This document shows, piece by piece, positions 8,006-17,832 of a stretch of 64,000 nucleotides of DNA. This stretch comes from a virus (Duplodnaviria > Caudoviricetes): positions 64,001 to 128,000 of IMG/VR virus record IMGVR_UViG_3300028914_000059. The stretch is one strand, 5' to 3'. Under the pieces are notes generated by a model. It saw only the letters and a program-made list of their open reading frames with translations. It ran no database searches and was not told the origin of the DNA. Every line of letters begins with the position of its first letter. Within the stretch, counting starts at the first letter, position 1. A program made the position numbers and the translations under genes.

Positions 8006-9733
8006 ATGTTCCACAAACTAGCCCACGACATATATACAGCTACATTGATAAAGCTGGCTTTTAAAGCCAACCAGAATAACTTTACTCATGGCACCTCTGC
8101 TGTATTCTCAAAGACCACTAAGCGCCCCGACAGAGAGCCCGATAAAAAGTCACCCAAGAAAGGAAGCGATTCCGAGTACTGGGTAACTCCTATGGGGATA
8201 GTCAGGGGCAGTGACCACTGGGGCACTGTCGGGACCTGTAACTGGGATCTTGCCGGGTCGCCTGATCACCCCGGCAAGAAAGTCTATGGGTTTAGTCCGT
8301 GGGAAAACTTCAATAAGAAAACCGCAGCCTTAGATACTATCCAACACTACACTAAAAGTGGCCCAAAAGATCAGGTAAGCAAGTCGGTATCACAATGGCA
8401 TGATGAGAACCCTGAAGCTGCCGAAGCCTTTCTCCTAGATTTATATAATAAACTTGGTTGGAAAAACAACAACCCAGCAAAATATATGAAGACTAGACAT
8501 GAGTTGGAAAACTGGATGTATGAACAACTTCCTCAGTTAGGTATTAAAGCTGATACTAAATATCCAACGTATGGCAGTTTAGATCTGGGGTATACTCCTG
8601 AAGTATTCCAGGATATGAACTCTCATTTAGATATACCATTAAAAGGACTAGAAGATAAAGTTACCTTTAGTATTGGTGACTCTATACCAGTACTTGGAAA
8701 GGCAGACCCTGCCAGCAGAAAATTATACAGTCTTAAGGACATACAGAGCATGCCTTTAAATGAAGTTATAGAGAAAGTAAAGGCTAGTACAAATAATAGC
8801 AGAGGTCAGAATTACCTTGAAGCTCAGATATGGACTACCCCTGAAGAACTTCAACAGGTTGCTAAATTAATCGAAAAAACTGGCTCTAAAAAAGTTCTTA
8901 AAGGCTATTATGATATGACCCCAGAAGAACAGGAGGCTGCTCGTAACTCCCTTAAAGACAATGAAGTAGTCTACTTATCTTCTAAACCTATCGGTCGTGG
9001 GTATGAGGGATCTGCTTATCCAGTACTGACTAAAGACCTGGGTGAAGCTATCAGGAAAAACTTTAACGGTTGTTATGGCGAGACACCTCACCTTCAACGC
9101 ATGATAGAATTAAAAGGTAACAAAATAGACCAGCAGGTAAGAGATTTATTTGATGCTGGGGAATTTGAGAAAGCATATGAACTATATGCTGCAGACAATC
9201 CACGCAAACGGATGAAAAACAGGCTGGCTGAAAGAATGCAAGTACTAATGAATCCTGATAATGCTGATCTGTTTGCTGCATTAGCTAAAGCCCAGCCGAG
9301 AAGAGTGCATGAAAATATAGGTGGGGGTATAAGAGCTGTAGAACCAGGATTAGGTAGTCTTATTATGGAAAAGCTAAAAGTTCAAGATGACTCGAAAGGG
9401 TTCACTGAAGCTGACTTTATATCCATGAATACAGACCTAGCTGAAAGAATCATGAAAGCTCATATCGGAGACAAGCCGGCTTATGGAACGGACTTCCCGG
9501 AAAAATTTACAACACCCAATGGTAAGATAGGGCCCAACATGCGTTTTGCACCTATACTACGTGGCGCTGATGGTAAACTTTACCAGGTCAAGGATATACG
9601 AAACGTCTTTGATAAAATGGCTCTGCCAGAAATGTTCAGAAGTCACGAGACGGCCTTTCACAATGCCGGACTCAATGATAACAATCAGCTGAAAATATTT
9701 GATTTTGGTACTAAACCAATAGAGGAGGCCTAA
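8006..9733 (+). CDS. KLAxDI-leader multidomain protein with C-terminal protein-kinase-like domain
   Basis: Leader MFHKLAHDIYTATLIKLA; internal KTA (aa105) and KTG (aa291); IGRGYEGSAY glycine loop, AIRK, LIMEKL, LKIFDFG. Confidence 0.7.
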   Translation: MFHKLAHDIYTATLIKLAFKANQNNFTHGTSAVFSKTTKRPDREPDKKSPKKGSDSEYWVTPMGIVRGSDHWGTVGTCNWDLAGSPDHPGKKVYGFSPWENFNKKTAALDTIQHYTKSGPKDQVSKSVSQWHDENPEAAEAFLLDLYNKLGWKNNNPAKYMKTRHELENWMYEQLPQLGIKADTKYPTYGSLDLGYTPEVFQDMNSHLDIPLKGLEDKVTFSIGDSIPVLGKADPASRKLYSLKDIQSMPLNEVIEKVKASTNNSRGQNYLEAQIWTTPEELQQVAKLIEKTGSKKVLKGYYDMTPEEQEAARNSLKDNEVVYLSSKPIGRGYEGSAYPVLTKDLGEAIRKNFNGCYGETPHLQRMIELKGNKIDQQVRDLFDAGEFEKAYELYAADNPRKRMKNRLAERMQVLMNPDNADLFAALAKAQPRRVHENIGGGIRAVEPGLGSLIMEKLKVQDDSKGFTEADFISMNTDLAERIMKAHIGDKPAYGTDFPEKFTTPNGKIGPNMRFAPILRGADGKLYQVKDIRNVFDKMALPEMFRSHETAFHNAGLNDNNQLKIFDFGTKPIEEA

Positions 9734-10174
9734 ATGTGGAAAACCTTACTAGTTACATTATTGTTAGTTTTGTCTCTTTCATTGCAGGGTTTCTGCTCGA
9801 CCTATACCTTCACCGAAGAACAGATGGCCGGGTTGAAGACAGAATTGACGAGGCTCAAAACATCAATAGCCAGCTTGACTCTGGCACTGGACAACTCGAA
9901 GAAAGAACTGTTACTGTCAAAAGAACTATTGTTAACGCAAAAAACCGAACTGGAGAAATGGCAGAAGTCGCACAGAGAATTGCAGACGGAACTGATAAAC
10001 TCAATAAATCAGTTGAACGAAGTACAGAAGCTATTACAAAAGCAGAGGGAGCTATTAGGACAGCAGAAGACAGCATTGCAAAAATCGAAGAAATACTCTC
10101 AGCAGCAGAAATACAATCGAAGGATTGAGCGATTAGGCTGGGCAGCCTTAACTATCTTTCTTGCTGTAAAATAA
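9734..10174 (+). CDS. Spanin-like exported coiled-coil protein with C-terminal hydrophobic anchor
   Basis: Signal-like N-terminus MWKTLLVTLLLVLSLSLQGFC, heptads, GWAALTIFLAVK end. Confidence 0.6.
   Translation: MWKTLLVTLLLVLSLSLQGFCSTYTFTEEQMAGLKTELTRLKTSIASLTLALDNSKKELLLSKELLLTQKTELEKWQKSHRELQTELINSINQLNEVQKLLQKQRELLGQQKTALQKSKKYSQQQKYNRRIERLGWAALTIFLAVK
9736..10128 (+). CDS. Inner-membrane spanin-like (Rz-like) protein nested in another frame
   Basis: GTG start; N-terminal TM YIIVSFVSFIAGFLLDLYL followed by coiled coil. Confidence 0.55.
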   Translation: MENLTSYIIVSFVSFIAGFLLDLYLHRRTDGRVEDRIDEAQNINSQLDSGTGQLEERTVTVKRTIVNAKNRTGEMAEVAQRIADGTDKLNKSVERSTEAITKAEGAIRTAEDSIAKIEEILSAAEIQSKD

Positions 10175-10175
10175 A

Positions 10176-10210
10176 GAAACCCTGGGATAATCTCCCAGGG
10201 TTTTATTTTT
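10176..10210. terminator. Bidirectional intrinsic terminator
   Basis: AAACCCTGGGA/TCCCAGGGTTT flanked by A and T tracts between convergent genes. Confidence 0.8.
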
Positions 10211-10567
10211 TTACATAGTAATTGGCTTGAATGCTTTGGCTACGTTAGGCCTAGCTGCCTGCTGATAAGCCGTGTTATTCAACATATTCTGGATTTGAGA
10301 GAGGAAATTAAGCTGTCTGCCAGTAGTGGCCAGCTGTGGGTTTTTCATTATTCCATTATGAAATAACTTGGCAGCAGCAGGGTATGGGATGGTTCCGTTC
10401 TGCATTCCAGAAATGAATCTTGTAAAGGCCTTATTTGGCTGAGTTTGGAAAAAGTTAAGGAACTGCTGCATATTTCCAGCAGCAGCATACTTTTCGAACA
10501 AGTCATCCAGAGCAGCCAGTTTAACGTTAGCCATAAATGCTATATCATAAGCTAATTTATTCATCAT
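10211..10567 (-). CDS. KLAxDI-leader family protein
   Basis: MMNKLAYDIAFMANVKLAA...EKYAA. Confidence 0.75.
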   Translation of the reverse strand: MMNKLAYDIAFMANVKLAALDDLFEKYAAAGNMQQFLNFFQTQPNKAFTRFISGMQNGTIPYPAAAKLFHNGIMKNPQLATTGRQLNFLSQIQNMLNNTAYQQAARPNVAKAFKPITM

Positions 10568-10579
10568 AATAACTGCTCC

Positions 10580-11788
10580 TTAGAATACATTGGTTCCGCC
10601 GTAGGCTTTCCACTTAGTAAGATTAATGGCTACCCAAGTAAAAGTTGCAGCTGCGTTAGATCCAGAATTATAGACAGTAAATTTAGTAGCGCTATTGTTA
10701 ACAACATAAATCTCGCCAACATTACCCACGGTGGCTGGTGCACTTGTTCCGTCTACACTGATGAATACTGCATAATCCCCAGCAGCTGAAGCGAAGCCAG
10801 ATGGCAGTGTTATTGCTCTTCCAGCTGTCCCCTGCAGAGTAGTCGCTGTAGTAGCAGTATAAGTAGTACCTTTACCTGCCAGAATAACTTTTTTAACTTC
10901 CGTTAATATAGCATTTTTAATGGCTGTTGCAACCTGCGTAGCGGTCTGTCCGCCGGCAGCTGTAATATCATCCATAGTGGCCAGCTGCTTAAATGTATTA
11001 GAAGAACCAGCTTTACGGACAGCCCATCCGCTGCCTGTGCTTGAACCGGAGTATACCAGCTGAGGATTATAGGTGCTGTTACAGTCTATTTCAATACCTG
11101 AGTTAACTGCTGAGGTACCACCCTTATTAAGGAGAATAACCTGATCGTTAATTTCAGTATTAGTCGTAGTAGTATTTACAACGGAGTTGAGAATAACATT
11201 ACCGGTCACTTCCAAGTCACCAAATACTCTCAATTTCTTAGTGGCTCCAGAAGCACCTATATCCAAATTACCAGCAATCTTATTACTGCCAGTACCAGCA
11301 ATAGTAAGATTCGAGCTTGTGCCAGTAGTTGTAAGAGCACCTGCAAAAGTACCTGCCTTAGCTTCCACAGCCTGTAAAGTGGTCTTACCACTTGTTACAT
11401 TAATAGCGGCTGCTGTGGAAGAACTTGCAGAGAACTGAGTGGTTACACCCTTAAAATGTTTCACAGCTGTAATTTCCTGAGCTGTTCCGGTGCGATAAAC
11501 TATATCTCCAGCCAGATCAGAATGAAGCATGGCTTTAGTAATATAATTATCCCCCACGATATGTGGGGAAGAAGCTGCTGCAGATATTGTAGAGCCCACA
11601 TGAGTATCCATATCAGCCTTGAAGTGCATCAAATTGGAACTGCTGGGGGCACTTAAATTTTCAATATTAGAGATCCTATTATTAAGCTCTGTGTGTGCCT
11701 GGGCGGCATCACCAGCTGTCATTGGCTGGGTTTCCAGCCTGTTTAACGGGATACTGCCCTCTTCAATATATTTGCCATCTACTATCAT
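10580..11788 (-). CDS. Tail fibre protein
   Basis: G/T/S-rich; GDLEVTGN...DQVILLN motif; C-terminal GEIYVV..FTVYNSG domain shared with 11802. Confidence 0.7.
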   Translation of the reverse strand: MIVDGKYIEEGSIPLNRLETQPMTAGDAAQAHTELNNRISNIENLSAPSSSNLMHFKADMDTHVGSTISAAASSPHIVGDNYITKAMLHSDLAGDIVYRTGTAQEITAVKHFKGVTTQFSASSSTAAAINVTSGKTTLQAVEAKAGTFAGALTTTGTSSNLTIAGTGSNKIAGNLDIGASGATKKLRVFGDLEVTGNVILNSVVNTTTTNTEINDQVILLNKGGTSAVNSGIEIDCNSTYNPQLVYSGSSTGSGWAVRKAGSSNTFKQLATMDDITAAGGQTATQVATAIKNAILTEVKKVILAGKGTTYTATTATTLQGTAGRAITLPSGFASAAGDYAVFISVDGTSAPATVGNVGEIYVVNNSATKFTVYNSGSNAAATFTWVAINLTKWKAYGGTNVF

Positions 11789-11801
11789 ATTTTATCTCCT
11801 A

Positions 11802-13805
11802 TCAACCTATAGCGATATAATCAAATGCCACAGTGGCAGTACCGGTGTTATAAACAGTAAATCTGTCTGTGGACTTGGAAACCCAGACATCACCAAGTTG
11901 TCCATCGGTGTTTGCTGTTGGTGTAACAGCAACGGTATAGTTTGTATTTGCAAAAGCAGCTGGTAGCATTACAACCCTGCCAATAGTTCCGTTAAATGTA
12001 GAGGAGCCTCTCATAGGCTTCAGATTGTTAACCTTATCATGAACGTGAGAGTTTTTCACGGTTCCACCAAGAGCCAATATCTGAGTTGCAAAGTTAGCTG
12101 GAGTATAGTATCTGATGTAACCATCATATGAAGCATACACTCTATCCATAGTAGTAGTGCTTGCATTTCCGCTGGTTGTATTTATCCAGCCGCATTTTGT
12201 ATGTCCACTTGCATCGGTCTTTACAAGCTTATTGGCTTCATTGTTTACACTGCCGGAAGTCACATGCAAACCATCGACCTTGTCTGAATCCAGAACAGTC
12301 ATAGTGAACGTAGAATTGCCAAGATTAGTTATTGTAGTGCTGCCTGATACATTACCGGCTGCTGTTATGGTAAAGTCATTAACATCGAAGTTCAACTTGC
12401 CGGAATTATCATCATATGTAACAGCAATTCCACTTTCGGTGTTTCCACTAATCATGCCACCGACATAATCCTGAACAGTTTCCATATGGCCATCGAGAAA
12501 TTCCTGCAGGCCTATTACAGAAGTAGCTGGAATGCGTTCGCCATGACTAGCAACACCAGAGTGGTCGTGAATACCAATATCAACACCATCAACTGTGGCA
12601 TTAAGAGCAACAGTGATATCACCTGTGAAGCTGGAAGTTCCATGAACAGCCAGATTCTGAAGTGAGGTATTAGTCTGAGCTATGGTAACTTCATTTTCTG
12701 ATATTTCAAACTTAGGTGCATTCTGAACACCGAAATATAAACTTACAGAGGAGTGGGCATTGAATATCTTCCAAGGCGTATTATTGCCTGAAGCCAGAGT
12801 CAGTATGCTGTCGTCAAGGGTAACAGCATTGTTAGTAAAAGTTACGTCAGCCTGGGTGCCATATTCGTTACCAGCATAGTAGATCGGGTCACTGGCACCA
12901 CCTAATGTAAGAGTGCCACCAACCGAAGCATCACCATTACCACCGACTGTAAACAAATTATTATTGCTACTGTTCTTACAGGAAATTACAGTACTACCAG
13001 GGGTAGCGGCTGAGTTGGCCTTATATATAAATCCCTCATCTGTAGTAGTTACAGAAGGAACTGTTATGTCAGAAGTGAAGTTGATACCGTTGGCGGTAAC
13101 ACCGAGCTTGTTGCCCTGAATAGTTACATCACCCTTAAGGATGTTAAGGTTACCATTCCTGTCAACAATTACAGCGGCTTCGTTAAGACCCATGGTTCTG
13201 GTCTGCAGTTCGAGAAGATTTCCAAGGAAAGTATCCTCGACTGGCTCTCCTGCTTCTTCGTCGAGACCAGTCCCATCCGGAGCCACAATAATACCAGTGT
13301 GATTAGTTGCAGATGAAGGTGTAACTAAAAGACTGTCATAGTCTATTGTTTCTGACTCAACTTTAGTTGTGGTACCCACAACAGTGAGGTCACCATCAAT
13401 AACAACACTGCCGGAAATATGTGTCTGACCACCTATACTGGTAACTCCACTTATATTAACATCCCCATCCAAAGTAGCATTGTCTGCTTTAAGGTCACCA
13501 TCTATATCTAAAAGAACATTACCATCTCCGGCATTCGTGACAGTTATAGTCTGTTGAATTGAAGATGGGGCTGATTGTATATCTTCAGAACGGATAGTGG
13601 ACTGGGTCAGTATCTGGCCATGTGGATCTGACGAGGTGGCTTCATGTGCAGACAATCGCTGGTCTACAGCCGAAGCGCGATCGTTCAGCTCAGTGGTATT
13701 ATAAGTAAGAGCTATCTTGCTTTCAGATATTTGAGCATCCTCAGCAATAACAGCATCTGTTATTGTCAACGGTTGAATTGAATGGGTTCCGTGTAATTTT
13801 TTCAT
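11802..13805 (-). CDS. Tail fibre protein
   Basis: GDLTVVGTTT, HDH and DSDKVDGLH fibre motifs; C-terminal GDVWVS..FTVYNTG domain. Confidence 0.75.
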   Translation of the reverse strand: MKKLHGTHSIQPLTITDAVIAEDAQISESKIALTYNTTELNDRASAVDQRLSAHEATSSDPHGQILTQSTIRSEDIQSAPSSIQQTITVTNAGDGNVLLDIDGDLKADNATLDGDVNISGVTSIGGQTHISGSVVIDGDLTVVGTTTKVESETIDYDSLLVTPSSATNHTGIIVAPDGTGLDEEAGEPVEDTFLGNLLELQTRTMGLNEAAVIVDRNGNLNILKGDVTIQGNKLGVTANGINFTSDITVPSVTTTDEGFIYKANSAATPGSTVISCKNSSNNNLFTVGGNGDASVGGTLTLGGASDPIYYAGNEYGTQADVTFTNNAVTLDDSILTLASGNNTPWKIFNAHSSVSLYFGVQNAPKFEISENEVTIAQTNTSLQNLAVHGTSSFTGDITVALNATVDGVDIGIHDHSGVASHGERIPATSVIGLQEFLDGHMETVQDYVGGMISGNTESGIAVTYDDNSGKLNFDVNDFTITAAGNVSGSTTITNLGNSTFTMTVLDSDKVDGLHVTSGSVNNEANKLVKTDASGHTKCGWINTTSGNASTTTMDRVYASYDGYIRYYTPANFATQILALGGTVKNSHVHDKVNNLKPMRGSSTFNGTIGRVVMLPAAFANTNYTVAVTPTANTDGQLGDVWVSKSTDRFTVYNTGTATVAFDYIAIG

Positions 13806-13911
13806 CTTGGTTTCCTAGGAAATAAAGCTTTACTTAATATTACTATTTAACAGTGGAAAAGTAAAGGGTAAAAGAAAACCAGGATCTATGGGGTCCTGGT
13901 TTTCAGCTGAA

Positions 13912-15054
13912 TTATTCAGCAGCTAAACGTAACTTAGGTCTAATACCTACGTTTAGTGTATAGCTAGTATTTGGCATGTTACCATCCAATCTGAAGAGAA
14001 TAGTTACACGATCACCTGCGTGTATTTCAAACTCCTGATTCCAGTCATATCTAGTACTATTTACTATGCACTTAGAAGAATACACATGAAAGTTAATGCC
14101 AAAAGAAGGCATATTAAGTCCATATATATCCCAATAAGTAGGAGAAGCCGCGAATTTACTGTTATCACTAGGATAGTATTTATAATCGTGCTGAGCTATA
14201 TAATATTCCGGAGAAGTTCTATATACTGAATAATCAGGAGATGCTGAAGGATTTTCTCCCCAATCTACTAAGTTACCATAAAAATTTGAATTCCCGGCTA
14301 CAGAGCTATTACATTGACAGTAAAAACCAAAAGGGGCGTCTGCAAACTTATATTTGCTGGCAGGTCTCAATTTAGGATACCAGCCATAGGTAAATGCTGT
14401 AGCTCCGCTATCCTCCTGTGTATTAAAACCACCAAACATGACAATAACAGACATAACATCGTCTGTTTCAAACAAGATAGGTGTCGAGGTTCCCTTGTAA
14501 GAATACAGAGATTCTCCATTCTTCAATACATCCAATATATAGGTTTCTCCACCATGAGCATGCGTATACAAAGATGTAGACTGATCTGTCCATACAAAGT
14601 AAAGGGGTTCTGTCATTACATATTCAAAAGTAGGGGGTGTGGTTTTATAGTCACTGTACGGTTCTGTCTTATACATTCTGAACGGACCCGTTCCTCCCCA
14701 TTGATTATAATAGTATTCGTGACCACCCACGTTATAAGTAGTTTTGAAGGCTTTGTTATTTTCTTCGTCTGTACCCCAGTCATAATGATCAGCATCATAC
14801 TGTGATCTTGCGAAATGCATGTCACTCAACCTGACTGGATCTGTCATTTCTACGGGGAGTATTTTTTCAGAATAGGCATAATAGGTCTTCCCCTGAACTC
14901 TCAGACTTAATTCTCCACTCTTGGTTCCCTGCTTCAACGGGAGGTACCTGGTATACCCACCTTGTTTTACAGCCAGTTTAGGTGATGAAGAAACGCTGTC
15001 CTTGAGTTCATATTTCTTTATTGTTCCATTTTGTCTTATACATAAGTCTGCCAT
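13912..15054 (-). CDS. Putative receptor-binding/fibre-tip protein
   Basis: N-terminal repeated LxVxxGGxTxY docking-like motif; aromatic-rich body; lies in the tail block. Confidence 0.55.
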   Translation of the reverse strand: MADLCIRQNGTIKKYELKDSVSSSPKLAVKQGGYTRYLPLKQGTKSGELSLRVQGKTYYAYSEKILPVEMTDPVRLSDMHFARSQYDADHYDWGTDEENNKAFKTTYNVGGHEYYYNQWGGTGPFRMYKTEPYSDYKTTPPTFEYVMTEPLYFVWTDQSTSLYTHAHGGETYILDVLKNGESLYSYKGTSTPILFETDDVMSVIVMFGGFNTQEDSGATAFTYGWYPKLRPASKYKFADAPFGFYCQCNSSVAGNSNFYGNLVDWGENPSASPDYSVYRTSPEYYIAQHDYKYYPSDNSKFAASPTYWDIYGLNMPSFGINFHVYSSKCIVNSTRYDWNQEFEIHAGDRVTILFRLDGNMPNTSYTLNVGIRPKLRLAAE

Positions 15055-15076
15055 AATTTATTTCTTCCTTTGTTTA

Positions 15077-15517
15077 TTAGTAGGTGGCCCAGGTTACACT
15101 GGTTGCTCCACCATAAGTAGAGGTCTTTACTGAGGACGTCCAGTTGGAATTGTTGGCTTTGTGATAGATTGTAAGGGTAAGACCTGAAAAAGCTGATGAA
15201 GATAGTGAAGTAGGGGGGTTACCTGCAAAATACACTTTTTTCAAGTTAGAGCAGCCATAGAAACAATAGTTACCTAAAGAGATGACTGATGACGGGATTG
15301 TGATAGAAGGGAGGGAGGAACAGTCTCTGAAACAATTATTAGATAAAGAAGTGATTGATGATGGGATTGTGATAGAAGTAAGGGAAAAAAAGCTGCTGAA
15401 ACAAGCTTCTTTCAAAGAAGTGACTGATGATGGGATTGCGATAGAGCTTATGTCCGATAATTTAGCTGATGACTTAACCTCAGCAAGTGGAATGTTTCCG
15501 TAATATATAGTTGGCAT
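15077..15517 (-). CDS. BspA-type leucine-rich repeat (LRR_5) protein
   Basis: SITIPSSVTSLGxxCFxxCxSL repeats (about 3). Confidence 0.85.
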   Translation of the reverse strand: MPTIYYGNIPLAEVKSSAKLSDISSIAIPSSVTSLKEACFSSFFSLTSITIPSSITSLSNNCFRDCSSLPSITIPSSVISLGNYCFYGCSNLKKVYFAGNPPTSLSSSAFSGLTLTIYHKANNSNWTSSVKTSTYGGATSVTWATY

Positions 15518-15518
15518 A

Positions 15519-16319
15519 TTAATATGTACTCCATGTTACACTTCTAGCTCCGCCATAATTAGATGTTTTTATTGAAGAAGTCCAGTTAGAATTATTTGAT
15601 TTATGATAAATAGTAAGGGTTAAGCCTGGGAAAGGACTACCTAATGTGGGAGGATTACCTGCAAAATACACTTTTCTTAAGCTACGGCAGGTGCTGAAAC
15701 AATAGTCACCTATAGAAGTGACTGATGATGGGATTGTAATAGAGGCGAGGGATTCACAGAGATAAAAACACGCTATTCCCAAAGAAGTGACTGATGATGG
15801 GATTGTGATGGAAGTAAAGGCAGGACAGCCATAGAAACACTCTTTTCCCAAAGAAGTGATGGATGATGGGAGTGTGATGGAAGTAAGTGAATAACAGTTG
15901 TAGAAACATGATTCTCCCAAAGAAGTAACTGATGATGGGATTGTAATGGAAGTAAGAGAAGAGCAGCCAAAGAAACAATAGTCACCTATAGAAGTGACTG
16001 ATGGTGGGATTGTGATAGAGGGGAGAGAAGAACAATCCATGAAACAATAGTTACCTAAAGAAGTTACTGATGGTGGGATTGTAATGGAAGTAAGAGAAGA
16101 ACAGCGATAGAAACACTCTTTTCCCAAAGAAGTGACTGATGGTGGGATTGTAATACTAAACAAAGGTCCACAGCTATCAAAAGCTCTATCCTCTAATGCA
16201 GTGGTACCTGATGGCACATCAATATACAATCTATAAGCTCCGCTATAAAATGGTATGAAGTTCATTCCTGGAGGTTTAATCCCTTTTATCTGGGTGCCTC
16301 CCCAATATAATTGGGCCAT
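15519..16319 (-). CDS. BspA-type leucine-rich repeat (LRR_5) protein
   Basis: About seven 23-aa repeats (69-bp tandem DNA repeats); C-terminal cap paralogous to 15077. Confidence 0.88.
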   Translation of the reverse strand: MAQLYWGGTQIKGIKPPGMNFIPFYSGAYRLYIDVPSGTTALEDRAFDSCGPLFSITIPPSVTSLGKECFYRCSSLTSITIPPSVTSLGNYCFMDCSSLPSITIPPSVTSIGDYCFFGCSSLTSITIPSSVTSLGESCFYNCYSLTSITLPSSITSLGKECFYGCPAFTSITIPSSVTSLGIACFYLCESLASITIPSSVTSIGDYCFSTCRSLRKVYFAGNPPTLGSPFPGLTLTIYHKSNNSNWTSSIKTSNYGGARSVTWSTY

Positions 16320-16321
16320 GA

Positions 16322-17773
16322 TCAGCTCCCTGTTACAATATATAAAGTATTGGCATCTGGATTAGCCGGCAGGCTTGCAACACTTTCAACCTTGAAACCA
16401 CAAGCTGTCGGAGTACCGGCATTGAGATACATTGGCTGCTTTGAGCTTCCTACATTACTACTTCCTAACTTAGAGGCCGTAGTTGCTGTCGTTGCTGATG
16501 TAGCTGTAGTTGCAGATGTAGCTGTAGCGGCATTACCCGTAATATCAATAGCCAGACTGTTCCCACAAGCAGTCGGAGTACCAGCATTAAGATAAACAGG
16601 TTGGTTGCTACTACCTACGGTAGCTACGCCTACTTTAGCTGAAGATCCGGTTATATCTACAGCAAGGGAGCTTCCCACAGCGGTAATTGTTCCATTATCG
16701 AGATAAACAGGGGTAGTCGATGAACCTACTGTTCCTGATAATAAGCCACTTGGAAGCTGGTTACTATCAAGTTTCCCGGTACTATCCAGGGTTGCAATCC
16801 CACTCGCCTGGCCTATGCTTCCTACAACATCAGCTACTGTGATTGCTCCTACAGCATTGTTGGAATCAACACCAATGTGGCTGGCACCTGTAGTAGCGGA
16901 AAAATAGGATTTAATGCTGTTCCACATGGTGATAAGATTTTCTCTGGCCAGATAAATCAACCCGTGTGCAGTTGATACAAAGTTAGCCCTGCACAAAGTA
17001 TCTGCAGATATAATGAAAGTCTTCTGAGTACTGGTGTCACCATCTGTCCATCCTATGAACCTGCCTCCGGATACTGGACTGGCTTCCACTGTAACCGAAG
17101 AACCTCCGGTATAATTTCCGGCACCTGTTACAACGCCATAACTGGTGTTATTGGACTTACAGGTAACAGTATACAGATCTTCGGCCACGTAACCATTGAT
17201 TTCATAGACATACCAGACAGATGTAATGTCATCGGCTGAGCTGAAACCAAACTCAGAGGCATCTGCACCAGCAGATAATACTTTTCCTGCAACACCTTCT
17301 GTGAATCTGACAAAGGATGAGTTGCTTGCCATAGCATTTACGGCTATTCCTGTGGTATCTGATATGATCGGAGAGCTTAATGTAAACTCTTCGGGAATTT
17401 CTACCCAGGCTAAACCATTGGTTCCTTCGGCGTCATATCTCGGGCTGTAAAAATTGTATCCCACATTTCTTAGAGTATACATGGATATACCTGTCTTAGT
17501 GAGAACAAAGTGAGCTGTGGGCTCAGAATAAACGGAAGAAACTGTGGCATCCAACTCACTGTCACTTCCGCTTGCTGTAATTCCGTTCTGAGTAAAAGCA
17601 GAAGAAGAGCCTGATACACATCGTGGGTAATAGGCTCCTGGAGATACCTGCGGACATATGATAGCTACAACCTTCTTTTCATTGATTTCCATATTCTGGA
17701 TATCTGAGAAGGTCAGAAGTGTAGATGATAAAGGAGTTTCGAGATCTGGTCTGGATACCTGTAGTGTGGCCAT
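16322..17773 (-). CDS. Tail fibre with one InlB-B/Flg_new-like repeat
   Basis: GVVTGAGNY..VTVEASP..GRFIGWTDG; GSSxxPVYLNAGTP repeats; VASLPANPDANTLYIV end. Confidence 0.75.
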   Translation of the reverse strand: MATLQVSRPDLETPLSSTLLTFSDIQNMEINEKKVVAIICPQVSPGAYYPRCVSGSSSAFTQNGITASGSDSELDATVSSVYSEPTAHFVLTKTGISMYTLRNVGYNFYSPRYDAEGTNGLAWVEIPEEFTLSSPIISDTTGIAVNAMASNSSFVRFTEGVAGKVLSAGADASEFGFSSADDITSVWYVYEINGYVAEDLYTVTCKSNNTSYGVVTGAGNYTGGSSVTVEASPVSGGRFIGWTDGDTSTQKTFIISADTLCRANFVSTAHGLIYLARENLITMWNSIKSYFSATTGASHIGVDSNNAVGAITVADVVGSIGQASGIATLDSTGKLDSNQLPSGLLSGTVGSSTTPVYLDNGTITAVGSSLAVDITGSSAKVGVATVGSSNQPVYLNAGTPTACGNSLAIDITGNAATATSATTATSATTATTASKLGSSNVGSSKQPMYLNAGTPTACGFKVESVASLPANPDANTLYIVTGS

Positions 17774-17832
17774 GTTAGTTATCCTGATAATGAATATATA
17801 ATCAATATACTCTGTCTTGAGTTAAAAATCAA

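Noticed and set aside
15077-16319. 69-bp tandem repeats as a CRISPR array or DGR template/variable pair
   Set aside because: They are in-frame LRR coding repeats with no unique spacers; differences are not adenine-specific and no reverse transcriptase or cas gene is in the window.
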